DNA of 64,000 nucleotides from Podarcis cretensis (Eukaryota). The DNA lies in assembly GCA_951804945.1 (NCBI GenBank), contig OX638154.1, forward strand, positions 60,078,001 through 60,142,000, read 5' to 3'. Both the position numbers and the translations under genes were made by a program. The notes beneath the pieces are model-generated. The model did not search any database and was not told where the DNA came from. It was given only the letters and a program-made list of their open reading frames with translations. Shown here piece by piece: positions 12,251-23,183 of the stretch. The first letter of the stretch is position 1; each line of letters opens with the position of its first letter.

Positions 12251-14377
12251 CTCACCTTCCATCATTTATGCAGCCAGAGGAGCCAACCTCACTTTGCTTT
12301 CTACCTCCTGTTCTGGATGTGACTTTCAGCGAAGCCCTCTGCCTTCCCACTGCACCTCTGCACTTTTCACTGTACTGTGGACTGTTTCAAAACACCCTGT
12401 GCTAGAGAGCAGGTCATTGTGCCTGACCTCTATGTGGGATTCAGTCCTACCGCATACAAACGTGCAGCAGAATTCCCTGAAATAAATCCTCTGCTGTGTC
12501 TCCCTGCAAGAGTCACTGCTCTAGACTTGTCTCTTTCCTGTCACGCCCATGGTCCTTACATTTCCAGGCTCTAAAGTTTGTCTCCAGTCTTTGTTGAGGG
12601 GAAAAAAAAAGTGTGCTGAACCTGGAAGCTGCATTTTGTAACACAATCTCCTATATTTATAAACTGGAGGCAGTACAGTAATTCATGCCCCTGTGCTAGG
12701 AGCTAGCCTAGAATGGATGTTGACTCTTCCATTCTAACTCTACCATTTCAAAATGGAAGTGGACACTGATCCAGGCCATTGACAATTCCATTGCCTTACA
12801 CCATCCAGTTGTCTTCTCAAATAAAGCATTGCTTTCCTACTGAGTCAGGAAGAAGCCTTTGGGAGCTTTTGGGCCATCTTGACTTGTTTGCGTGAGTTCA
12901 CAGCACAAGACTCTCCCCACCCCACCCCCTTGTAAATTGGGAGAGTGCCAAGTTTTCATTAAACCTCTTATAAACTCAGAGCTCCTGCGAGGCTCCATAT
13001 GGCAAAGAAGCCATCTGTGATTCGTATAGTCTTGCTCCAACAAAACGACAACAGTGTGAAAAACTCTTTTCTCTGGTTGGCAGTGAACTGTAAAAGTAAT
13101 GTTAGTAATAGCTTCTGCAGGCTCGGGAATGACATAATTGACATTGGCTTATGGCACGAGCATTAGCTGCAAACTCTTGCCAAAAGTTCTGGATTGATTA
13201 ATATCTTCATTTAAAAGCGTAGATCGTAATGGTCAAGGGCCTTCTTAGCGTTAGCTTTCTTTTGGAGCAAGGGAATTCTAGGTTGCTGTAGATGGACAGT
13301 GTCTTTAAAAAAAAAATCATTCTATTTGTTCCCCATATTGCTGATCTCTTGCACTGCAAGAACCCATTTGCTTTATCCATAAACAGGGCTTGTGTTTCTA
13401 ATTGTTTTGGAACCTTATTGCCAGACCCACCTCTCAGTCGTATCTGTAGCACTTGACCCAATGTCTGCTGTTTAATACAGAGCTGTAGCAAAAAATAATA
13501 ATACTGGGCCTGGAGCCATGTCCACATATGTTTCTTGGATGTCTGATATTTTCATTTTGCTTCAGATGCCCTGAACTTGGAGGAGTGTCCATTTATAGCA
13601 TCCATGATCTTTCCAGAGGGCTGTGCTTTCACCCTCATCCCATCTTTTCTCCCCTCCAACCAACTCTGCAAATGCAGAGCTCAGAAGCAGAGACCTACAT
13701 TTAATTTTAACAAATGAGTAAGGGAGACTGATCTCTTAAAAAATATTCATGCTTGGAGGCAGGAAAGATGGAGAAGGGAGGGAGGGGGAGGGAGAAACAG
13801 AGAGAGAGAGAGATCCTTTCCCAATCCCTTTGAATTTGAAAGTTTGAGGTCTTTGTTTTTTAGAATTTCTTGCTGTGCAATTTAAATATCTCAATGGGAC
13901 CATAGAGCATGGAAAGGCTGCCTGCTTACTGAAGCAAATGTTTAGAAAAACAACACCTAAGAACAGCAAGGCTTCCTTTCCCACCTCTCCTAGTCTACTG
14001 TTTTTATAGATAGGCTGAGCTGAACTGCAGAAGCATTTCATAGTTTGTTTAGATAAGTAAGTGGCAAAACAAATTGGACCAGCTCCTAGAGGCTTTACAC
14101 ATGTTTTGGCCTTTTTCTCTCCCCCCCCCTTCTTTTTCTTTTTTTTAAACCCAGATGTCACCAGGAATTTCCCCAAAGAAATGGAAAGAGTAAAAGCAAG
14201 TGTGACATTGGAATAAAGGCTGACAGGTTTCCATTTAGGGGCAGTTTGCATGTTGCCCTAGAAAGTGACTCCTCAACTTGGGCTTCTTTCTACAGCAAAG
14301 TGGATTTGTTTTCCTGACCAGTATGTATGTTTTGATCCACCGGATCTGATTGGCTGCTTTACTTTGGCTCGTTTATA

Positions 14378-14579
14378 CAGTGGTACCTTGGGTTACAGAC
14401 GCTTCAGGTTACAGACTCTGCTATCCCAGAAATAGTACCCCGGGTTAAGAACTTTGCTTCAGGATGAGAACAGAAATCGTGTGGCGGCGGCGCAGCGGGA
14501 GGCCCCATTAGCTAAAGTGGTACTTCAGGTTAAGAATGGACCTCCAGAATGAATTAAGTTCTTAACCGAAGTACCACTG
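14378..14579. mobile_element. Tc1/mariner (Tigger/pogo-like) MITE
   Basis: TA|CAGTGGTAC...GTACCACTG|TA: TIRs with a TA target duplication. Confidence 0.88.
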
Positions 14580-14999
14580 TACTCATTTACAAAATTGTAG
14601 TGACTTTAGTTGCCGTGAAATCACGTAGGAACTCACGAGATTGTAAGTCATTCATGACGCTGAGAATTCAGTTAACTACCCTTAACTAGAATTTCCAGGA
14701 TACCCTGGAGAGGAGTTGTGAGTTTTTTGAAACTGGTTTACATATATGGCTTTGACCCTGATCTCAGTTTATGGTGCACCGTAATGAGTGTGATATGAAC
14801 TAAAATGTATGCGTTGCTGGGAGACTTTTCTCCCCTTGCTACATGAGTCATCCAGAGTGTTCTGCTCATGGATTCTGTGATTTCAGCACACAAAAGATGA
14901 ATCTGTTGTTCTCAATAGCATGCATAGGATATCTGCTGTGCAAACATATTCTTTAAATTCATTTGTTCTTTGGTATTTTTCCTCAATAGCCCAGTTGAG

Positions 15000-15790
15000 T
15001 TTGGAGAACCAGGCTGTACTTGATTTTTCTTTTCTTATGTTTGGGGTATCAGAACTTCCAGGTTAGATAAGTATGGTCATTAGTGGACTTGTTGTAAAGA
15101 TCTGTGCTCCATGAATATAAGAACATCAAGCAAAGAGATGTGTGGATTTTCAATGGTGCTACTGAATGTAAGCTTGATTGGGGAATGAATAACGTTGATG
15201 AAATATTTAAATTGATCTAAGCTGCCTTTCTCATCTGGANNNNNNNNNNNNNNNNNNNNNNNNNNNNNNNNNNNNNNNNNNNNNNNNNNNNNNNNNNNNN
15301 NNNNNNNNNNNNNNNNNNNNNNNNNNNNNNNNNNNNNNNNNNNNNNNNNNNNNNNNNNNNNNNNNNNNNNNNNNNNNNNNNAAACAGGTATTGGCATGTG
15401 GTTGTTAAGTATGCCATTAACAAGAAAAATATGTCCATTGATATAAGGTTTCCACGTTTTTGGTGGCTGTAGAAGATTTCTGTTGTAGAAGTCTATATTA
15501 TCTTTGGAGTCATCAAGGAAAAAAACCCCTGTATCTCTTTTCAAATGTATCAATGCCATTTTTCATTTGTGCTATATTGTATTCTCCTGGTGCTGGGTAG
15601 AAGGTGAATCCTTGAATGGTAGCATAATTTTACTCTGTGGTATTTTGCCCACAGTAAGTAAAATCTATTACTGTTTTGGAGTTATGCCTGTTATATCAGA
15701 TAACCTTCTTAAGAATGTTGATTATTTCAGGGTAAATCTTTTGAAAGTTCTGTTTTCAGTTTTGTTTATTGCTATCCCTACTTCTTAATG
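15000..15790 (-). mobile_element. Penelope-like retroelement RT remnant (ends approximate)
   Basis: Translation FKYFINVIHSPIKLTFSS...ISLLDVLI resembles the Penelope RT C-terminal motif (LNxxHPxIKFT...xxFLD). Spans an assembly gap. Confidence 0.5.
15240..15381. other. Assembly gap (N run)
   Basis: Run of N. Confidence 1.
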
Positions 15791-15849
15791 TAGAGTTAAT
15801 AATGGGGGGAAACAGCATTTTGCCTTCTCTACATGTCTTAAAATCAGCG

Positions 15850-16345
15850 TCCATTTTCCTGATGATAAGCATGACAGAGAATAACGAGCAGTTCCCTTGG
15901 AAAATGAGCTATTTCATTTTAGGGCATTGAAACGTTTTTGTTACTGGGTACTGAAATAAACAGGAAGTTCACATTGAGACTTTTGTGTGGGTTTCTAATA
16001 GCAAAACCTTTTGGTCAGCTTTTCATGGGCAGCGGCTCCCAGGGATGACACAGATTACATTTCAGCTTGTCTGTGTCTTTATTTCTCTCTCTCTTTGTCT
16101 CTGCAGGATAACTACAGTTTTGCTGAAGAACAATAAATGAAGGGTGAAAATTGCCAAACCACAGACACTTATCTGCTTACATTTTCTGTTTTAGCTGCTA
16201 TTGGGATCAGAATACAAAGTAACCTAACTCTTATGTCATTACTGTTGTCACATCTTATTACGGCGCTGAAGATGGTGGTAGCTTTTTGGCTTTCTGCTCG
16301 GGAAGTTGATGCTTGAGAGCTCCTGACGTAGCCCCAGATAAGTTA
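15850..16345. promoter_or_regulatory. Candidate endothelial-type enhancer
   Basis: FOX:ETS composite TAAACAGGAAGT at 15957-15968; GATA sites at 15863-15868, 16169-16174 and 16336-16341; no recognisable repeat. Confidence 0.35.
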
Positions 16346-16504
16346 ACACACAAAGCACGTTGGCCAGTAGACCGACTTCACTAGTGAAGAACATTCAGAA
16401 TGTTTTGGGTTCCACAGAGATCTTGCTGTTTCAAATTGCAAGGATAATGCAGGGATAAATGTGCACAGTCGTGTTGACTTTCTATTAGCATGGTAGTCCT
16501 GGTC

Positions 16505-16646
16505 CATAGAATCATAGAATTGTAAAGTTGGAAGGAACCTTGAGGATCATCTAGTTCAACCCCCTGCAATGCAGGAATATGCAGGGATCAAACCTGCAAA
16601 CTTGGCATTATCAGCACCATGCTCTAATCAACTGATCTATCCAGGC
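16505..16646 (-). mobile_element. tRNA-Ile-headed SINE with CR1-derived tail, second copy
   Basis: Aligns with 9470-9626 apart from a short internal deletion; ends in (ATTCTATG)n. Confidence 0.85.
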
Positions 16647-18148
16647 TATGTGAGCATGGTATGAGTGTTTTGAAACATGGTAGGCATGTCCTATTTCATT
16701 GCAATCTGGTTCAGCCCAGAGAGTTTCCAGTGTAAGCTAATGCATGTGCTAGGAGCTCTGGGGTGTCTGCTTCGTAACATCAAAACAAAAGGAACACAGC
16801 GAGAGCCCTGGAGTTGCTTGGCAAGGCCAGGAGTTGGCTGGTTACATCCAGGATGGGGTCAGCTAGACTTTTTTACACATTCAGCATTCACAAGAGCACC
16901 TCTTCTCCTCCAATTGAGCCTGTGAACTTGCCCTGACTCTGGCTCCAGTCAGTTCTTAGAACACACAACAATAATTATACACAGTAGGTGAAATTTCAGT
17001 CTGTCTCTGGGTTTCTGTAAACGTAGCAGTGGTAACTTTATGTGCTTACACATTGGTCTTCCTGGAAACTAGGCTAGCTAGTTAAAAAAAATGAGGAAAA
17101 CAGAGATGACTCTTAAGAATGAACACTGAATCCTTCCCAGGTTTTGATTCTGGATTGATGTTTTACTAGCTTTGATCCATTGTCTGTGTGGAAATATCCA
17201 GTGATGTAAGGCAGTAGCCCAATTCTGATTCTGCAGCAAGCCTTGTTTGCACCAAGCTGCTGTCGCAGGGGTCTGAGCACCATTGCAAATGTACAGTTAG
17301 AAAATACTGGAGAAAGAACAAATACCAGAGAGAGAAATAAAAGTGGCAGAAGAAGGAAAAAAAGAGAAATGAAGAGCGAAAGAAGAAAGCTCGGTGGGAG
17401 AGCCTGTCAAAATAGAAGGCTTTTATATATTTTTTATTCTTTTCCATTTATGCTTCTAGATGTTCACACATTATATTTTGCCAGATTTTTCTTGGCCTCT
17501 CTTAACTCAGGTGCAACTTTATGCTGGTGGCCATCTCAACCCTTTGATGCTGCTCCACCATAAACAGCCAAGCGCTGCCAGAAGTGGCCAGACACCCCGT
17601 GCCCTTTCCCTCAGGGTGTTACCTAGAGGTGTGGGAGAAGTGAGATTTCTTTAGCCATGGCAAGGGCTCAGGAATAGTGCCACAACTTGAGAGGGGGATT
17701 ATTCTCATTCCTTTGCAGAGGGGAAGGGAGGGAAGGCGGATGGTGCACAAAGTGTAGCTACTACTTTTCTATGGAGCGGTTGTTTTGAAATTCCTGGAAG
17801 GTTATGTAAATAATTCTTTCTTTTTTTTTAAGCATGCTGTAATCCTTGGGAAGGAGAAGGGAATCAACACCAAGATTTGTGCAGTGGATGTTCCTACTTT
17901 GCTCCTAATTTGATACTTTCTCACTGGAGATATCAAGCGAAAACACCTCTCTCATTTCAATATTCTTCTTCAGTTTATTGGCATACATTCAACTCATCAC
18001 TGCCTCCAAGCACTGGTCTAATGCCTCAAATGCCTCCTCTGGTTCAGTTGGAACAGAGAAATAGCGTTGGGAGTCATCTGCACATTTATTAATTTATTTT
18101 GTAACATTTAAACACCACTTGATTGTAAAAAAAAAATCCCTCAAAGCG

Positions 18149-18150
<2 letters not shown>

Positions 18151-18183
<33 letters not shown>
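18151..18183. repeat. (AC)n microsatellite
   Basis: Direct reading. Confidence 0.95.
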
Positions 18184-18184
<1 letters not shown>

Positions 18185-18302
18185 TTTCAATAAAGAAGAA
18201 CATAACTTCTAAACTTACTTGAAACAAAAAAATAGTACTCAACACCATTACAAATATTGATGACACTTCACTTCAGATCTCCTGATGACAGCTCCCAGAG
18301 GT

Positions 18303-18630
18303 TCATGTAAATGTTAAATACCATTGGGGGGCCAAGATGGAACCCTGCAGGACACTGAAGGACAACTCCCCTGGTGCTGAACAATGCCCACCCATGACTC
18401 CTTTCTGGAAATGGCCCTTAAGGTAGAAGCAGAAGCCCTCAAACAAGGTGCCCCCAACCTCCACCTCGCTAAGATGCTCCAGAAGGATACTGTGGTCAGC
18501 AGTATCAAAAGCTATCGAGAGACTGAGGAGATTCACTCCTCCCATCTGTCTCCTGATAAATGTCATTAGCAAGGCAGTTTCAGCGCAATGACTAGGCCAG
18601 AAGTTAGGCTGGAATGGATTCGAGTAACCC
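18303..18630 (-). mobile_element. L2-clade LINE RT fragment
   Basis: LLSLSIAFDTADHSILLEHL...VLQGSILAP resembles LLDLSAAFDTIDH...GVPQGSILSP. Confidence 0.8.
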
Positions 18631-21066
18631 CACCCTCCTCCCTTTCACTGCAATTTATTTTGTTTGTTTGTTTCATGACATTTGCAAACCACTTGATTCT
18701 AATAAAATGGCAAAAGAATTAATGGCATTATCGTTAAAAGTAAGTATTTAAAACTCTAACAAAATAATTAAAACAAACAATTAGCTGTGTCAATATCTCT
18801 GCCACGTACACATCAGGTGCCTCCCTATACACATCCTTGTCAGTTATCAGGAGCAACCCTGTCTTCTTTTCTTCCAAGAGTATCTCTATTAGCGACTACA
18901 GGAAAGGACCATCCAGTTATGGACCCCTCCAGGCACCTCTGGGTTTTTTGCTCTCATTTGAAAACTCAACCCACCCACCCCCCTGCCAATCATTGCTAGT
19001 TTTATAGTGGAGTAGTGAAAAGGCATTAGTTTCTGTTTAAGCCTCTAGGGGTTTTGCCTTTTTTATTATCACTGAACAAGGCACATTACTCTCGAACCAA
19101 CTTAATGGTGGAGAATTAATTAGCGCGAGACACGGTTTGATAGCTGTGGTCTCTCCACAGCCGTGATGAGACAGAGGCCAAGTTGACTCCAGCACCACTT
19201 TGAGCTATTTCCTTCTGGGAATGTTTCAATGGAGCCAAACGTTTAGGCCTAGAAGCCATTACCAGTCTACCTCCTATGGCTTGCCTGAGCACAGTGCCAG
19301 CCAATTAGTGAAACTAGAGAATTAAATAAACCATCCACCTGCTACAAGGTCATTCTCTTGGCCTTCTTCTTTCCAGAGTACTACCCTGCAAAATCCCCAA
19401 CAAGCTTCCAAGTCTAGCTCTGGCAGGTGTATAAACCTGAAAATTCAACATGTTGGCTAGAAAGTATGAGCAATAAAAGGTGTAGGACCATTATGTCTGC
19501 TTCTCAAGTACCCAGGAAAATAACTGACTGCGACAAATGCTTGTGGTGGCAAACAGCATGTAGAGACATTTGGAAGGAGGAAATCATTCTAAGAAATTAA
19601 AGAGCTATTCATCAACCTGCTTTCAAAAGAGGAATCCTATCTTTCCTATCTACCTTAATTAAAACTACATTAGGTGCATTATAAAATCTTCAGCTTGGAC
19701 TCCTAGAATTGCAGAGTGCCATGACACTAGCAGGACACCGAGGAAGGGGAAGAGGATCCTGGCCAGGGGTGTAGCCACCATATACCAGGGCAAGCTGAAG
19801 ATGGGGAAGGGGAGGTTGGGGACTTAGGAGGTACTCATGGGGCATCAGAGGATGGTGAAGGGGCAGCTGACAGTTCACACAAGCCTGGAGGGAGGGATGC
19901 ATCACCAGAAGTGCCCCCATCTCTTCAGACACAGCAGAGCATCAGGAACAGCAGGAAGTGCCCTCTAAGAGACTTAGGCAGGTAAGGGAATGCAGCCCAG
20001 CTCACTAGTTGTCTAGGAGGAGATCATGAGGTTTGTTAGGTCTTGGAGGAGGTTTGTGGTCATGCAGCTGGATTGGGCCCTCAAGTGGAGAGACACAGCT
20101 GCTCAGCTGGAGCAAATCCAGATGTGTCAATCAAGACTGAAAGGGATAAGAGGGATAAAAGGCAGAGGCTCTGTGTCTGCTCAACTTTCTCTGTTGATGC
20201 ATCACGGCTTGGCTGCTTTGGGGACTCCATTAGGCTGCGACCTTAGGGCTGACCTCAGGTGTTCTGATCCTGGATCTATTGCAAAGGTGAGAGCCTGTTC
20301 TTACTGTTTGACTTCAGACTTTGCTTGTTGTATTGGACCTGGGTCGGTATTTGACCTCTTGGACTGTCTGACTACTCTCTGGTGTTGTTCTTGGGACTGT
20401 GTGCACCAGCAGGACTTGCCTCCAGGTATACTGGGGTTCAGGACATAGAGTTGGAATTTGAATACCTGACCTTGCTTAGCTTTGCATATGCATTAGCAGG
20501 GTTTTCTTTTCCTGCACCACTTGGGGATTACAATACAAGTGTTGATGTACACACTATAGCTTTAAAGCACATTTCCCCTCCTCAAAGAATTCTGAGCACT
20601 GTAGGTTGCTGGGAACTGTAACTTTGTGAGGGATAGACCACAGTGGCCAGAATTCTTATAATCTTATTATATACTAAGATATAATATGCTTTCAATGCCA
20701 GGCTTAGGCTCTGCCCCTGTTATTGGTAACTCTGCAAAAGACAAGTATGGATCCTTGCTCATGCGGACATTACATTAGTATGCATGTATAGTGTGGGAGG
20801 GGAATTTGTGGCCCTCCAGACACTGCTGCACTCCAACTCCCATCAGCTCCAACCAGTCAGTTCAACAACATCTGGGGGACCACAAATTCCCCTCCCACCC
20901 CTTTCCTTCTACAGTTTGTATGCATGTTGTAGGTACCAAAGACCTAGCTAATGCATATCCTCCCAGATCTATCTATATTATTATTATACTTATTATCCAT
21001 CACATTTTTGTACCCAAATGCCTCAAAGCAACGTACACAGAAAAACATAAATAATGGAAATATTAA

Positions 21067-21110
<44 letters not shown>

Positions 21111-21115
21111 TAATA
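21067..21115. repeat. (AAT)n microsatellite
   Basis: Direct reading. Similar tracts at about 22167-22208 and 49121-49163. Confidence 0.95.
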
Positions 21116-22070
21116 AACAAAAAATAAAATACCCATCTGACAACATATTTAAAAGGAACATAGTGGCACTAAACCATAATCCTTCTGCACTGGTGAAGGA
21201 TTGGGAGAAAACAAACCATCCAGCCATGTAGAAAAATACTACTTGGCAATGTATCCCTTCCTCTAAATCTGGTCAGAAATAGTCATCTGCTTAAGAACGT
21301 GAAGTGTTCAGAATATGAATAATGTTCCGAGTGAAGTCTTGGATGCTGCCATCTGAGTTTTGAACAGCTATTTTGTTTTGGGATGTGTGTTTTTTTTCAA
21401 AAGGGGGGGGGGGAGAGGACAAGGGTTTTTCTTGTATTCAGAGCCAGAAGCTGCAACTTCATGTGCAGAAAACACACCTGCTTACCATTTTAATGAATTC
21501 GAAAATCTTCAGATTCCCATACAGTTAATTGTTCATGCAAAGAAAGGCTGTTTTGTCTTCCCATGGTCAAGAAAATGAAATGCAGGATTTAGGTCAATTT
21601 GCTAAATGAAACTATGTGAAAAGCATACCCGAAGCAGAGGTATTTAATTAGTTTCATTAATATGCATGGAATTCTCTGGAAGTCTCTTGGAGCTGAATCT
21701 ACTCTCGGGCAGACAGACTTTGGCAACAGGGTGGATCATCCCAGTGAGCTGGACAGCTCCATTGGTGAGGAAGGCCATGTCATCTTCCTGCCTTGCTTGC
21801 AATGCATCCTTTTCAGACATTACTTTCTTTTTATTTATTTATGCACACTTGAAACCATGTATTTTTACAGCAGTTTACACTTATTTTCAGCTAAGTCAGA
21901 GAAGTAATGCTGCATGTCCGCCAGCTGTTATTGTTATTTCTTAAACAAACAAAGTGATTGGGAAACGGAGGTGAGCTGAATTTAAGACTGGGAAAATTGG
22001 AAGCTGAAATTGACAGATTTGCCTGTTCCTTGTATCCTAGTGTCACTTGTTCCACACACAGAAGCTCTTC

Positions 22071-22123
22071 TTTTTTAAAAAAAAATAAATAATATTTATT
22101 GAAGTTTCAACTTCAACTTTGAA
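22071..22123 (-). mobile_element. Extremely 5'-truncated L1-type tail insertion, 53 bp
   Basis: Perfect 18-bp direct repeats CACACACAGAAGCTCTTC (22053-22070, 22124-22141). The insert has AATAAA plus an A-rich end on the minus strand. Confidence 0.75.
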
Positions 22124-22165
22124 CACACACAGAAGCTCTTCAGGATCATTATTAGGTGCAACCCT

Positions 22166-22209
<44 letters not shown>

Positions 22210-22827
22210 TGTCTGTCACATAGTTGGGACCCCCACTTTTCATCACAACTTATAGTCCAAAATGTAGCAATTGCCAAATCAGGTATTTCCTAATTAATGT
22301 GTAGAACAAGCAGCAAAGCAGCCCTGAGATACAGCACGCCAAAACAAAAGCATGGACATTAGCCACAGACCTCTAATAATGCAGGCCACTGCGGTTCAGC
22401 TTAAGATTTGAACAAGCTGCCTTCCCTTGTACTTAGGAATTCTGGAGTGAACCTGAGTAACCTGGCTCTGATTCTGAGAACGTAATGTTTTTCTGTGTAT
22501 AACAAACATGGTGTTGAGCTAAACTGTTTTGTCTTGCACTTTGGGAAAGCTCTGGCCTGCACTGTATCCTCCCTTTTAACAGCTTGTTTCCCCATTAAAC
22601 CTATTTTCAGGCATTGGCAAAAGACACGGTGCTGTAAACGGCAGTGCGTATCTGCCTTCTGCTGCAAGGCTGCCAATGTCCTCAGTGCTGGGGTGGGGGA
22701 ATCGCAGTAGAAATGCACCATATTTACAGGAAGGGTCCTGTAAATGTTTCAAATGTGTATGATTAACATGTATTAATTTTCATGCCATTTTTGTGATTAC
22801 AGCTTGTGCTGGTTGACCTATTGCTTT

Positions 22828-22966
22828 TAGAATCATGGAACTGTAGAATTTGAAGGGACCATGGGGGTCATCTAGTTCAACCCCCTGTAATGCATGAGGT
22901 TTTTTTGCCCAATGTGGGGCTCAAACCCACGACCCTGAGATTAAAAGTGTCATGGCCTTCCAACTG
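22828..22966 (-). mobile_element. tRNA-Lys-headed SINE with the same CR1-derived tail
   Basis: Plus strand TGCCCAATGTGGGGCTCAAACCCACGACCCTGAGATTAAAAGTGTCATG matches the reverse complement of vertebrate tRNA-Lys(CTT). The tail matches 9470-9540. Confidence 0.8.
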
Positions 22967-23065
22967 TTGAATCTGAACACTTTGAGTGTTCGCAGAAAGC
23001 CAAAAGCTGATTCATGGGGCACTTCCAGGTGACCTGCTAATTGAGCATCCATCCTGATTAGTTTG

Positions 23066-23183
23066 TTTGGTTTTTTAAAATTGCTTTTTATTAAATTTTT
23101 CACAAACAAAACCAAAACAAGACAAAACAATCTTTTACAGTCATCATTTTATGTCATCTTATTTACACTGCATATATTCATGC
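23066..23183 (-). mobile_element. Short L1-type 3' tail insertion, 118 bp
   Basis: Perfect 17-bp direct repeats CCATCCTGATTAGTTTG (23049-23065, 23184-23200). AATAAA and an A-rich end on the minus strand. Confidence 0.75.

Noticed and set aside
14164-14173. Canonical NF-kB site GGAATTTCCC
   Set aside because: An isolated 10-mer without supporting evidence is not enough to call a regulatory element.
13736-14251. 171-aa ORF
   Set aside because: Built from low-complexity and simple-repeat tracts; no protein family signature.
19690-20450. Purine-rich then pyrimidine-rich segment with a 140-aa ORF, possibly an old LTR
   Set aside because: Could not define a 5' terminus or TSD, and the ORF has no recognisable homology.
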